DNA of 64,000 nucleotides from Patescibacteria group bacterium (GTDB taxonomy: Bacteria; Patescibacteriota; Microgenomatia; 0-14-0-10-38-17), in assembly GCA_050953885.1 (NCBI GenBank), contig JBMNNJ010000001.1, positions 399,437-463,436 on the forward strand, given 5' to 3'. Within the stretch, counting starts at the first letter, position 1. Each line of letters opens with the position of its first letter. Below the pieces are notes generated by a model, which saw nothing but the letters and a program-made list of their open reading frames with translations, ran no database searches and was not told where the DNA came from. A program made the position numbers and the translations under genes. Below, piece after piece: positions 47,777-62,700 of the stretch.

Positions 47777-50700
47777 TAGGACTAATAGGACCAATAATAG
47801 GACCAACTCAGCGGGCTTTTTAGAACCATTGCAAATTCAGGCTTACCTGAAAAGGCTTAAAAAGGAAGGGGCTTCTCCGGCCACTCTTAAACGCAAGGAG
47901 GCGGCCTTAAAAAAATTCCAAAGCTGGCAGGGAAAAGAATACGGACCAAAGTATCCCTTGCCAAAAGGCGCCCCTAAGCCCAAAAAGATAATCTCTAAGA
48001 AGGGAATTTTCCCCAAGGCTTTTCCTCCTTTTTTAAGATATTTTTCTTTCCTAATCGGTTTGGTGCTTTTGGCTAGTTTAGGCTGGGGAGTTTATAGCCA
48101 ATTTTTTGCCCAGCCGAAAGAAACCCCCTCCATGGCCTTCCCTACTAACCCGCCGCTCTTAATTTCTTTTCAGGGTCAGCTTACCGATGATGACGGCACT
48201 CCGATTAATGCCACTATTCCTGCCATTTTCCGCCTTTATAATGTGGACGAGGGTGGTACCGCTCTTTGGGAAGAGCAAAAAAATGTCTCCACCGACCAGG
48301 ACGGCATTTTCAATACTTTCTTGGGTGACACCGCCACGCTGGATCCGGCCATTTTTCGCGACAATATGAATCTTTGGCTGGCAATTGAAATCGACAACGA
48401 CGGGGAAATGGAACCCCGTCAGCAAATTGCCACCGTGGGCTATGCTTTCAATTCCCGCTATCTTCAAGGTTATGAGGCCACCACAGCAGCTACCGCTAAC
48501 ACCATACCGGTTATTAATGCCGATGGCGATTTAATTTTAGCCTCCTCCTCTCCCGCCATTGAAGCCACCTCCGGCACCTTTGGCCTTAAAGGCGAAGCGA
48601 TTACTATTCAATCAACCGGCGGCACGGGCGGCGGGGATATTTTAATTCAGCCCGATGCCGATACCCAAGGACAGGTAATTATCTACTCGGCAACTACCGC
48701 CGACAATTCTTTTACCGTTCAAAATAGCAATATCACCACTGGCTCGCTAATTTATGGCGAGGCCGGTACTAGCGCTAGCGGTTATAACCTGCTAAAACTT
48801 ACCTCCGGAAGCCTTTTAACCGATAAGTTTGTGGTTGACTATGCCGGCAACACCGACATCGCCGGCAACTTAACCGTTGACAGTTCCGGATTTTTTGGCA
48901 ATAGTGTCGGCATCGGCACCACCAGCCCCGGGGCAACCTTGGATGTTAACGGCAACTTACGAATTGGCACCCTGACAACAGGCTCCACCGATACCGTCTT
49001 AACCCACTCCAACAATATTGTCCAGCAAAGAACAATTGATCCCCGGGTTTGGGGGGAAACCTTGGTAGACGGCAGCGGTAGTGCCGGCTATGTGGCCTAC
49101 TGGCAGGATGCCAATACCCTGACGGGGGAGCAATACCTCGCCACCTCAAGAGGTGGCACCGGCGATGACACCTCCTCTACCACTGGTGTCCCCTACATTT
49201 CTTCCGGCAACTGGCAATATGAATCAAGTTTAAATGTGAGCCGGGGCGGCACTGGGTTTTCTTCTTTAGCAGCTGGCTCCCTAATCTACGGTTCCGGCTC
49301 CTCCCCAATGAACGCTTTAGCAATTGGCACTACTAACTATGTTTTAACCTCCAATGGTTCTGCTCCTAACTGGTCACTAATTAGCCAGGCAAATATCAGT
49401 CCTGATTCTCTAGACTTTGACCAATTCCAGGATACCCTAGATCTGGATACTGACTTAGTCTTAAATCAAGCCGCTTACACCTGGACGCAAAACTTTACCG
49501 GAGCAACTACTACCGGCTTAACTTACAACGCTAATGCTTTAACTTCAGGAAAAGGGGTATATGTTTCTTCTACTTCAACTGGTTTAACAGGAAACTTGGC
49601 AGAAATAAGTCTGTCGGGAAACAATGCCGCCAACACCGGTAATGTTTTAAGACTGGCCCAAACTGGCGCCTTATCAGCGGCAATTCCTTTAATGGTGACC
49701 AATCTTGGCGCCGGCGCTTCCTTCAGGGTTAACGATGAAACGGGCGACAATGACAGCACCCCCTTTATTATTGATGCTTCCGGCGCTGTGGGGGTGGGAA
49801 CAGCCATGCCAAACGCCTCGGCAATTCTTGATTTAACTTCAACCGCCAAGGGCTTTCTTGCTCCAAGAATGACTACCAGCCAAAGAGATGCTATTGTTAA
49901 CCCCGCCGCCGGCCTTTTAATCTATAACACCACCACCAATCAATATAACATGTATAACGGCACGGGCTGGACTCTTATTGGCGGCGGAGATGTTTCTTGG
50001 AGTAGCTTAATTGACCCGACAGAAAATCTCTTGCTAAACCATGGGGCCTACACCACCACCTTTACCTGGGGAGCCTCAACCGGAGCTAATAACCTCTTTA
50101 CCCTTACCGATACGGCCAACAATACCGGCACGGGCTACCTTTTAAACCTTAATACCGCCACGGGGTCAAGTCTTAAACCTTTAAGGGTGGCTTCGGCCGG
50201 AGTTGAGGCTTTGGCCATCGATGCCGCCGGCAATGTGGGGATCGGGACAACGAGCCCGGGAGAAAAGTTGGATGTAGTTGGAGCAATCCGTTCCAGTGGA
50301 GTCGATGTATCATCTTTAAATCCAGGAACAAGCACCACCGGAGGTTTATATTTAGGTGCACATATGGGACACCTTATACTTGACTTAAGAAATAATGATT
50401 CCAATGACTCAATTGCTTTCCGATATTCAGCGGCAAACAACACAGTAGTAGATACTATTGGTCTAGTTATGAAAGGCGGAACTGGCAACGTCGGCATCGG
50501 CACCACCAGCCCCGGGGCAACCTTGGATGTTAACGGCAACTTACGAATTGGCACCCTGACAACAGGCTCCACCGATACCGTCTTAACCCACTCCAACAAT
50601 ATTGTCCAGCAAAGAACAATTGATCCCCGGGTTTGGGGGGAAACCTTGGTAGACGGCAGCGGTAGTGCCGGCTATGTGGCCTACTGGCAGGATGCCAATA

Positions 50701-53700
50701 CCCTGACGGGGGAGCAATACCTCGCCACCTCAAGAGGTGGCACCGGCGATGACACCTCCTCTACCACTGGTGTCCCCTACATTTCTTCCGGCAACTGGCA
50801 ATATGAATCAAGTTTAAATGTGAGCCGGGGCGGCACTGGGTTTTCTTCTTTAGCAGCTGGCTCCCTAATCTACGGTTCCGGCTCCTCCCCAATGAACGCT
50901 TTAGCAATTGGCACTACTAACTATGTTTTAACCTCCAATGGTTCTGCTCCTAACTGGTCACTAATTAGCCAGGCAAATATCAGTCCTGATTCTCTAGACT
51001 TTGACCAATTCCAGGATACCCTAGATCTGGATACTGACTTAGTCTTAAATCAAGCCGCTTACACCTGGACGCAAAACTTTACCGGAGCAACTACTACCGG
51101 CTTAACTTACAACGCTAATGCTTTAACTTCAGGAAAAGGGGTATATGTTTCTTCTACTTCAACTGGTTTAACAGGAAACTTGGCAGAAATAAGTCTGTCG
51201 GGAAACAATGCCGCCAACACCGGTAATGTTTTAAGACTGGCCCAAACTGGCGCCTTATCAGCGGCAATTCCTTTAATGGTGACCAATCTTGGCGCCGGCG
51301 CTTCCTTCAGGGTTAACGATGAAACGGGCGACAATGACAGCACCCCCTTTATTATTGATGCTTCCGGCGCTGTGGGGGTGGGAACAGCCATGCCAAACGC
51401 CTCGGCAATTCTTGATTTAACTTCAACCGCCAAGGGCTTTCTTGCTCCAAGAATGACTACCAGCCAAAGAGATGCTATTGTTAACCCCGCCGCCGGCCTT
51501 TTAATCTATAACACCACCACCAATCAATATAACATGTATAACGGCACGGGCTGGACTCTTATTGGCGGCGGAGATGTTTCTTGGAGTAGCTTAATTGACC
51601 CGACAGAAAATCTCTTGCTAAACCATGGGGCCTACACCACCACCTTTACCTGGGGAGCCTCAACCGGAGCTAATAACCTCTTTACCCTTACCGATACGGC
51701 CAACAATACCGGCACGGGCTACCTTTTAAACCTTAATACCGCCACGGGGTCAAGTCTTAAACCTTTAAGGGTGGCTTCGGCCGGAGTTGAGGCTTTGGCC
51801 ATCGATGCCGCCGGCAATGTGGGGATCGGGACAACGAGCCCGGGAGAAAAGTTGGATGTAGTTGGAGCAATCCGTTCCAGTGGAGTCGATGTATCATCTT
51901 TAAATCCAGGAACAAGCACCACCGGAGGTTTATATTTAGGTGCACATATGGGACACCTTATACTTGACTTAAGAAATAATGATTCCAATGACTCAATTGC
52001 TTTCCGATATTCAGCGGCAAACAACACAGTAGTAGATACTATTGGTCTAGTTATGAAAGGCGGAACTGGCAACGTCGGCATCGGCACCACCAGCCCCGGG
52101 GCAACCTTGGATGTTAACGGCAACTTACGAATTGGCACCCTGACAACAGGCTCCACCGATACCGTCTTAACCCACTCCAACAATATTGTCCAGCAAAGAA
52201 CAATTGATCCCCGGGTTTGGGGGGAAACCTTGGTAGACGGCAGCGGTAGTGCCGGCTATGTGGCCTACTGGCAGGATGCCAATACCCTGACGGGGGAGCA
52301 ATACCTCGCCACCTCAAGAGGTGGCACCGGCGATGACACCTCCTCTACCACTGGTGTCCCCTACATTTCTTCCGGCAACTGGCAATATGAATCAAGTTTA
52401 AATGTGAGCCGGGGCGGCACTGGGTTTTCTTCTTTAGCAGCTGGCTCCCTAATCTACGGTTCCGGCTCCTCCCCAATGAACGCTTTAGCAATTGGCACTA
52501 CTAACTATGTTTTAACCTCCAATGGTTCTGCTCCTAACTGGTCACTAATTAGCCAGGCAAATATCAGTCCTGATTCTCTAGACTTTGACCAATTCCAGGA
52601 TACCCTAGATCTGGATACTGACTTAGTCTTAAATCAAGCCGCTTACACCTGGACGCAAAACTTTACCGGAGCAACTACTACCGGCTTAACTTACAACGCT
52701 AATGCTTTAACTTCAGGAAAAGGGGTATATGTTTCTTCTACTTCAACTGGTTTAACAGGAAACTTGGCAGAAATAAGTCTGTCGGGAAACAATGCCGCCA
52801 ACACCGGTAATGTTTTAAGACTGGCCCAAACTGGCGCCTTATCAGCGGCAATTCCTTTAATGGTGACCAATCTTGGCGCCGGCGCTTCCTTCAGGGTTAA
52901 CGATGAAACGGGCGACAATGACAGCACCCCCTTTATTATTGATGCTTCCGGCGCTGTGGGGGTGGGAACAGCCATGCCAAACGCCTCGGCAATTCTTGAT
53001 TTAACTTCAACCGCCAAGGGCTTTCTTGCTCCAAGAATGACTACCAGCCAAAGAGATGCTATTGTTAACCCCGCCGCCGGCCTTTTAATCTATAACACCA
53101 CCACCAATCAATATAACATGTATAACGGCACGGGCTGGACTCTTATTGGCGGCGGAGATGTTTCTTGGAGTAGCTTAATTGACCCGACAGAAAATCTCTT
53201 GCTAAACCATGGGGCCTACACCACCACCTTTACCTGGGGAGCCTCAACCGGAGCTAATAACCTCTTTACCCTTACCGATACGGCCAACAATACCGGCACG
53301 GGCTACCTTTTAAACCTTAATACCGCCACGGGGTCAAGTCTTAAACCTTTAAGGGTGGCTTCGGCCGGAGTTGAGGCTTTGGCCATCGATGCCGCCGGCA
53401 ATGTGGGGATCGGGACAACGAGCCCGGGAGAAAAGTTGGATGTAGTTGGAGCAATCCGTTCCAGTGGAGTCGATGTATCATCTTTAAATCCAGGAACAAG
53501 CACCACCGGAGGTTTATATTTAGGTGCACATATGGGACACCTTATACTTGACTTAAGAAATAATGATTCCAATGACTCAATTGCTTTCCGATATTCAGCG
53601 GCAAACAACACAGTAGTAGATACTATTGGTCTAGTTATGAAAGGCGGAACTGGCAACGTCGGCATCGGCACCACCAGCCCCGGGGCAACCTTGGATGTTA

Positions 53701-56700
53701 ACGGCAACTTACGAATTGGCACCCTGACAACAGGCTCCACCGATACCGTCTTAACCCACTCCAACAATATTGTCCAGCAAAGAACAATTGATCCCCGGGT
53801 TTGGGGGGAAACCTTGGTAGACGGCAGCGGTAGTGCCGGCTATGTGGCCTACTGGCAGGATGCCAATACCCTGACGGGGGAGCAATACCTCGCCACCTCA
53901 AGAGGTGGCACCGGCGATGACACCTCCTCTACCACTGGTGTCCCCTACATTTCTTCCGGCAACTGGCAATATGAATCAAGTTTAAATGTGAGCCGGGGCG
54001 GCACTGGGTTTTCTTCTTTAGCAGCTGGCTCCCTAATCTACGGTTCCGGCTCCTCCCCAATGAACGCTTTAGCAATTGGCACTACTAACTATGTTTTAAC
54101 CTCCAATGGTTCTGCTCCTAACTGGTCACTAATTAGCCAGGCAAATATCAGTCCTGATTCTCTAGACTTTGACCAATTCCAGGATACCCTAGATCTGGAT
54201 ACTGACTTAGTCTTAAATCAAGCCGCTTACACCTGGACGCAAAACTTTACCGGAGCAACTACTACCGGCTTAACTTACAACGCTAATGCTTTAACTTCAG
54301 GAAAAGGGGTATATGTTTCTTCTACTTCAACTGGTTTAACAGGAAACTTGGCAGAAATAAGTCTGTCGGGAAACAATGCCGCCAACACCGGTAATGTTTT
54401 AAGACTGGCCCAAACTGGCGCCTTATCAGCGGCAATTCCTTTAATGGTGACCAATCTTGGCGCCGGCGCTTCCTTCAGGGTTAACGATGAAACGGGCGAC
54501 AATGACAGCACCCCCTTTATTATTGATGCTTCCGGCGCTGTGGGGGTGGGAACAGCCATGCCAAACGCCTCGGCAATTCTTGATTTAACTTCAACCGCCA
54601 AGGGCTTTCTTGCTCCAAGAATGACTACCAGCCAAAGAGATGCTATTGTTAACCCCGCCGCCGGCCTTTTAATCTATAACACCACCACCAATCAATATAA
54701 CATGTATAACGGCACGGGCTGGACTCTTATTGGCGGCGGAGATGTTTCTTGGAGTAGCTTAATTGACCCGACAGAAAATCTCTTGCTAAACCATGGGGCC
54801 TACACCACCACCTTTACCTGGGGAGCCTCAACCGGAGCTAATAACCTCTTTACCCTTACCGATACGGCCAACAATACCGGCACGGGCTACCTTTTAAACC
54901 TTAATACCGCCACGGGGTCAAGTCTTAAACCTTTAAGGGTGGCTTCGGCCGGAGTTGAGGCTTTGGCCATCGATGCCGCCGGCAATGTGGGGATCGGGAC
55001 AACGAGCCCGGGAGAAAAGTTGGATGTAGTTGGAGCAATCCGTTCCAGTGGAGTCGATGTATCATCTTTAAATCCAGGAACAAGCACCACCGGAGGTTTA
55101 TATTTAGGTGCACATATGGGACACCTTATACTTGACTTAAGAAATAATGATTCCAATGACTCAATTGCTTTCCGATATTCAGCGGCAAACAACACAGTAG
55201 TAGATACTATTGGTCTAGTTATGAAAGGCGGAACTGGCAACGTCGGCATCGGCACCACCAGCCCCGGGGCAACCTTGGATGTTAACGGCAACTTACGAAT
55301 TGGCACCCTGACAACAGGCTCCACCGATACCGTCTTAACCCACTCCAACAATATTGTCCAGCAAAGAACAATTGATCCCCGGGTTTGGGGGGAAACCTTG
55401 GTAGACGGCAGCGGTAGTGCCGGCTATGTGGCCTACTGGCAGGATGCCAATACCCTGACGGGGGAGCAATACCTCGCCACCTCAAGAGGTGGCACCGGCG
55501 ATGACACCTCCTCTACCACTGGTGTCCCCTACATTTCTTCCGGCAACTGGCAATATGAATCAAGTTTAAATGTGAGCCGGGGCGGCACTGGGTTTTCTTC
55601 TTTAGCAGCTGGCTCCCTAATCTACGGTTCCGGCTCCTCCCCAATGAACGCTTTAGCAATTGGCACTACTAACTATGTTTTAACCTCCAATGGTTCTGCT
55701 CCTAACTGGTCACTAATTAGCCAGGCAAATATCAGTCCTGATTCTCTAGACTTTGACCAATTCCAGGATACCCTAGATCTGGATACTGACTTAGTCTTAA
55801 ATCAAGCCGCTTACACCTGGACGCAAAACTTTACCGGAGCAACTACTACCGGCTTAACTTACAACGCTAATGCTTTAACTTCAGGAAAAGGGGTATATGT
55901 TTCTTCTACTTCAACTGGTTTAACAGGAAACTTGGCAGAAATAAGTCTGTCGGGAAACAATGCCGCCAACACCGGTAATGTTTTAAGACTGGCCCAAACT
56001 GGCGCCTTATCAGCGGCAATTCCTTTAATGGTGACCAATCTTGGCGCCGGCGCTTCCTTCAGGGTTAACGATGAAACGGGCGACAATGACAGCACCCCCT
56101 TTATTATTGATGCTTCCGGCGCTGTGGGGGTGGGAACAGCCATGCCAAACGCCTCGGCAATTCTTGATTTAACTTCAACCGCCAAGGGCTTTCTTGCTCC
56201 AAGAATGACTACCAGCCAAAGAGATGCTATTGTTAACCCCGCCGCCGGCCTTTTAATCTATAACACCACCACCAATCAATATAACATGTATAACGGCACG
56301 GGCTGGACTCTTATTGGCGGCGGAGATGTTTCTTGGAGTAGCTTAATTGACCCGACAGAAAATCTCTTGCTAAACCATGGGGCCTACACCACCACCTTTA
56401 CCTGGGGAGCCTCAACCGGAGCTAATAACCTCTTTACCCTTACCGATACGGCCAACAATACCGGCACGGGCTACCTTTTAAACCTTAATACCGCCACGGG
56501 GTCAAGTCTTAAACCTTTAAGGGTGGCTTCGGCCGGAGTTGAGGCTTTGGCCATCGATGCCGCCGGCAATGTGGGAATTGGGACGACGAGTCCGGGGGCA
56601 AAGCTACATGTAAATGCTGGTGCAGCACAATTGACAATGGAAAGAGATGAAACCCACATTAACACATGGGATTTCAGAATCACTCAGGAGGCGGGCATCT

Positions 56701-59700
56701 CTGCAAACTCCCTATACCTGAGAGCGTCAGAAAATACAGCCGACTTTGGAATAAGGGCAGCTAATTCTGGGAACGTCCAGTTCATTTTGAAGGGCCCAAC
56801 AGGCAACGTCGGCATCGGGACGACGGCGCCGGGGGCGAAGCTTGATGTTAACGGAACGGGTAGGTTTGCCACTTCCGTGTCTTCGCCTCTTTTTCAAGGT
56901 GATACCGGGGCGGTTACCTTTGGCAATGCTTCCTATGCCACCACCATTGCCGGTTCAGGATTAACCATCTCTCCTACTGCCTGGACAGCCACTCCTACCA
57001 TATCAGGGCTTATTACCGCTACTTTAGGATTAACCGCCAATGGAGCCTTAACCGCCAACAGCACCTTCACTTTAGGAGACGGCGCTGATGCCGGTTCGGT
57101 TAATACCTCAAGTTGGGATATCTCCACCACTGGCGTCGCCTCGGGATTTACCGGCCTTACTTCCTCCGGCACGATCACCTTCTCTTCTCTGGCCGCCAAC
57201 CGACTGGTGACCACCACCACAGGAGGAGAACTAACCACCAGCGCCGAGGGGACTGTCGGCCAGCCCTTACTTTCCGGAGGGACATCCTCCCCCAACTGGG
57301 GGACTCTTGGTCTGGTTTATGGCGGTACCAATGCCGATCTTTCCGGGGTGGCCCAAGGAGGGCTAATTTACAAGGAAACTTCCGCCTTAGCCGGCACCGG
57401 GGCCTTAACGGGAATTCTTCAGGGAAATAACGCCAGCGCCCCCACCGCCATCACCGGCACCGCCAATTATCTGCCCAAATGGTCCTCAACCGCCCCTTAC
57501 CTCACCACCGCTTCCCAAATTTTCGACAGCGGCGCTAATGTCGGCATTGGCAATAGCAATCCTCAAGCCCTGCTTCATGTGGGCGCCGGCGGCACGCCCA
57601 ATTATGCTTCAAGCGGCGATGTTTATATCCAAAACGATCTCGAAGTGGACGGCACCATTTACGGCGCGCTGGATATTACCGACGCCACTTTTGACTTTTT
57701 GGAAGTTAAGCGGGCGGCCACTTTCTCCGCCCAAATCGCCTCGGATATTCCCATTACCGTTAAAAACACCGGCGGCAATGAGGTGGCGCGGTTCACCAAC
57801 GAGGGCAAGCTAAGACTTGGTTCTGCCGGCGCGCCCACCGACACTTTAGATATTGATGGCGACGCTGATATTTCCGGCAACTTGGATGTGGGCAATGGCC
57901 TTGATGTTTTAGGCGCCAACTTCACCGTCGGCGGCGCTAACTTTACCGTTAGCCAAGCCGGCACGGTGACCGGCGGCACCTACAACGGCCAAACTATTTC
58001 CTCCACTGCCAGCTTTACCGGCACTCTTAGCGTCGCTTCAACCTTCAACGCTAATAGCAATGTGGGCTTGGGAAACGAAGCCACCGACACCATCAACGCC
58101 GCCGGGCAATTTGTCTCCGGCCTTATCCCCCAAACAAACAGTTATAACCTTGGCTCCCCCACTAACCACTGGGGCGCTTTGTACGTTGATTCCATTTACG
58201 GCGGTCAGGTGGGCGAATTTGACTTTCTTAAGGCCCGGGGCGCCACCCTCTCGGCCGAAATCCCCACCGACAAAACCTTGGTTTTGGAAGGCCTTGCTTC
58301 CGGCCATACCGCCAATTTAATTGAAGCCAACGCCAACGGCGCCACCGCTCTCACCCTCTCCCCGGCCGGCAATTTAACCTTAGGAGGAACGATAACTTTA
58401 CCCAACGGTAACACCTTAACCGGCGTGGCTTCTTATATTCAATTTAACAATGGCATAAGCGTTGGCGGGGGAACCACCTATCGGCTCACCTCCACTGGCG
58501 ACGCATATCTTAATAATCTCTACACCGGCGGAACGCAAAGGCTTTCTTCAACCGGCGCCCTTGCCAACATTACCGACTACAGCCAATCCTCCGGCAATTT
58601 CGCCATTTCGGGAACTGGCACTTTCTCTACCGCCACCGGCAATATCTCCCTAAATGGAGCCACCACCGTAGCCGACGGCAAATCTTTCACCGCCAACGGG
58701 CCGGTGACCTTGGGCGACGGGGGCGATGCGGTGGCCATTAACAGCAACATTTGGGATATTACCTCGGCCGGCGTCGCTTCCGGCTTAACCCAATTAACCG
58801 TTGACAACCTCCAGCTTGACGGCAACACTCTTTCTTCAACCACGGACAACATTACTCTTGACGCCGCCGCTTACTTGGTGATTGCCGACCAAATTGCCTC
58901 AAGCTTAATTCCTTCCGCCACCAACACTTATGATTTGGGCTCCCCGGAGAACTACTGGGACGATGCTTACATCAACACTTTAACCGCTAATTCGCTAAAT
59001 TTTGATTTTATCGCCGCCCGCGGCGCCACTTTTTCGGCCGAAATCCCCACCGACAAAACCTTGGTTCTTAATGCCGCTACCGGCCAAACCGCCAATCTTT
59101 TGGAAATCAATTCCGCCCCCGGCGCCAGCGGCGACTTAATGGTGGTCACCGGCGGCGGCAATGTCGGCATTGGCAACAGCAATCCGGGAACATATAAATT
59201 AGATGTGGCGGGCACGGGAAGATTTAATTCCACCGCTAATCCGGGGTTAACGGTTGGCAACGGCGCTATTGGCTATTTAAAAATTGGCGGCTCAACTATT
59301 TATGATAACAACAGCGACTTAACTTTAGACTCCGATACTGCCTTGGTGATTTTAGCCGATGATTTGCAAATTAACGGCAATGATATTTATGATTCCGGCG
59401 CAAACCAGAGAATCAATTTGGGCGCCACCACCACTTTATACAACACCACCACCATCCTTTCGGGCACCACCGCCTTAACCGCCTCTTCCTTGGCAACCTT
59501 TACCACCGCCTCCTCTTTGGCAATGCCCGCCACCACCTCTTTAACCTTAGGCGGTTCAGCAACCATCTACGGCGGCACGACGGCTTCAGGAACACTAACT
59601 CTTCAGTCAACTTCAAACGCCACCAAAGGCAATATCCTAATTAATCCTTCTGGCGGCAATGTCGGCATCGGGACGACGGGGCCGGGGGCGAAATTATCTA

Positions 59701-62700
59701 TTAATGGCTCGCCAGCGATAGAGTTTGCTTCTTGCGGGACTTCTTACGGAGGTTGTTATATCAAGGAAGGATGGGGCCCTGAATTATATTCCAATACATC
59801 GCAACCTTTTCAAGTTTTAAATACTTCACTTTTGGTTGGATATGACCAAACAGATTCAACCGCCAGAGGAAGCGGTAATTTACTCGTAAGCGGCAATGTC
59901 GGCATCGGGACGACGGGGCCGAACACTGAACTAAGTTTAAATCACGGTTATATAAATTTTGAGCCCTCGCTAACCTCGTGGCTAAAAACTGGAGGAGAAG
60001 GAATACTTATGTGGAACTCTAATGATATTGAGTGGCTCGAATCAACATACGAGAGCGGATACGGCCACAGATTATATTCCATCGATCCTGGGGCAGGTGC
60101 AGTTACACACCTTCGGCTAGCCGCAAGAAATAACTCTGCCTCGTGGACAGATATGGTTACTTTTGTTTCTAACGGCAACGTCGGCATCGGGACGACGGGG
60201 CCACAACATAAATTACATATTTATACGACAACCGCACAAGAGGGAATAATTATTAACGCTGGCACTTATCCAGAAATCAGATTTGAAGAGGCTGGAACAG
60301 TAAGAGGCTATCTTAGCGTTGCTGGAAGCGCAGGAGGATATGGAACAGGCACATTAGCTGATTCTATGATACTTCGCGCTGAAGGTAATATGCATCTTAT
60401 TACGAATGCAGGGACTGTGGTACAAACATTAACCAGTGGCGGCAATGTGGGCATTGGGACAACAACTCCGGGGGCAAGACTGGATGTTAACGGCAATTTA
60501 AAAATCGCCACCCTGACAACCGGCGCCACCAATACGGTTTTAACCCACAGCGGCAATATTGTCCAGCAAAGAACCATTGATTCCCGAGTTTGGGGATCAG
60601 CGTTGGTTGATTATTCCGGCACCTCGGCTAACTACATTCCCAAAATGCTTGACGCCGACACGATTACCAATTCCCTAATTTACGAAGCCGCCAGCAGCCG
60701 CCGCATCGGCATTAGCACCACCAGCCCGGGTTCAAAATTAACCGTTGCCGGCGGCGCTTCCTATTTTGGCGCCCTGCCTGCCCCCACCGGAGTAGTGGCC
60801 ACTCCCACCTCGGGAGGCGGCTTAGTGGCGGGAACTTACTATTATGTGGTCAACGCCTTTGACAGCAACAACCTTTCCTCAAACAAATCAAGCCAGGTTT
60901 CCTGCACGGTTGATGGCTCTACCACCACCGCCTGCCAAATTTCCTGGGTGGCCGTTCCCGGCGCCACCAACTACCGCGTTTACGGCAGAGCCAGCAACGC
61001 CCAAAACCAATACTGGCAAACCACTTCTCTCTACTACACCGACACCGGCGCCGCCGGCGCCAGCGACACGCCGCCGGGACCAATCTCCGCTTTCTTTACC
61101 GGCAATATAAAAGCGGAACGCTTTGCGGATTCGGCTAACGACACCTACTACCTTGATCCGGCCTATGCCACTCTTTCCCTCACCACCGCCGGAGCGGCGG
61201 GCATCGGCTACTCGGCCGGCCAGATGAGCGGTGCCACCGCCAAGCTGGCCGTTGACGGCAATGTGGGAATTGGGACGACGAGTCCGGGGGCAAAGCTACA
61301 TGTAAATGCTGGTGCAGCACAATTGACAATGGAAAGAGATGAAACCCACATTAACACATGGGATTTCAGAATCACTCAGGAGGCGGGCATCTCTGCAAAC
61401 TCCCTATACCTGAGAGCGTCAGAAAATACAGCCGACTTTGGAATAAGGGCAGCTAATTCTGGGAACGTCCAGTTCATTTTGAAGGGCCCAACAGGCAACG
61501 TCGGCATCGGGACAGTTTTCGGCGAAGCAGATACTACAGGAAAATTGAACGTAAGAAAAGATAGCACAGCAGATGGAATGATTAGCGATGTTCTTACGTT
61601 GCGCAATCATTGGCATACCGTTACTAATATAGGAACTGGAATTGCATTGAGATTTAAACAAGGATCAACCAGCGAAACCGGAAAGCTTGTTGATATTGGT
61701 TCAATTGCTGAAAGTGGGTGGAGCAACGCAGTCGGTTTCTTTGTTAAGACTGGTGGTACTGAAAGGTTAAGAATAAGTAACGGCGGCAACGTCGGCATCG
61801 GGACAGCGAGTCCAAGTTACCCACTACACGTATATAAAAATGCAGGTGACTGGACGGCGCGCTTCCAAAACACTTCGGGATCCATAGATATTGGACCAGC
61901 CAATGGTAGTGGAGCCCACATTTATACAGACCTAAGCCAATTTTTCTTTAATCAACCCATTACCCTCACGGGCACCAGCAGTATTTCTTCTTATTCCACG
62001 AATAATCTCTATCTTAAAACAGGTACGCAGGCTAACACAAGGATGACAATTCTTGCTAGTAATGGCAATGTCGGCATCGGGACGACGGGGCCTGTTCAAA
62101 AATTGCATGTTGAAGGCAATTGTGTAACGGGAGATACAAAGTTAGCAATTTTTGAGGATCACAGTTCACAGTTCACAGTTCACAGCAATGCTCCTTCAGA
62201 GCAGATCACAGATCACAGATCACAGTTCACGGAAATACAAATAAAGGATATAAAATCAGGAACAAAAGTATATTCGCTAAATCAAGAAACTGGGAAACTA
62301 GAACCTGCTAGGATCAACAAACTTCTTGACATGGGAACAAAGCCTGTATTTAAATTAACTACAGAGGGTGGAAAAGAGATTCGCACCACTGGCAACCACC
62401 CATATCTTGCCCAACTATCTTATGAACAATACCAGCAAAGAGTTCAACTTCGAGAAACTGGAAGTTTGGAAGAAGAGTATGGCCTTAGTCAAGGCGATCT
62501 ATCAGTTGCTCGAGAGTTTTCCCAAACACGAGAGGTATGGTCTAGTGGATCAACTTCGCCGAGCAGCAACCTCAATTCTTCTGAATATCGCCGAGGGGAA
62601 CGGGAGGTACAGCCACAAGGAATTTATCCAATTTCTCTATCAGGCCAGGGGCAGTCTCTACGAGGTGGTGGCTTGTCTCAAACTAACTCAAGAGCTGGGT

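Noticed and set aside
48946-61798. Numerous minus-strand and off-frame ORFs in the track
   Set aside because: They are shadows of the giant + strand ORF, recur with the 1584-bp period and show no family motifs.
62368-62421. Upstream GTG start of the nested ORF
   Set aside because: It overlaps intein block B; family similarity begins after ATG 62422.
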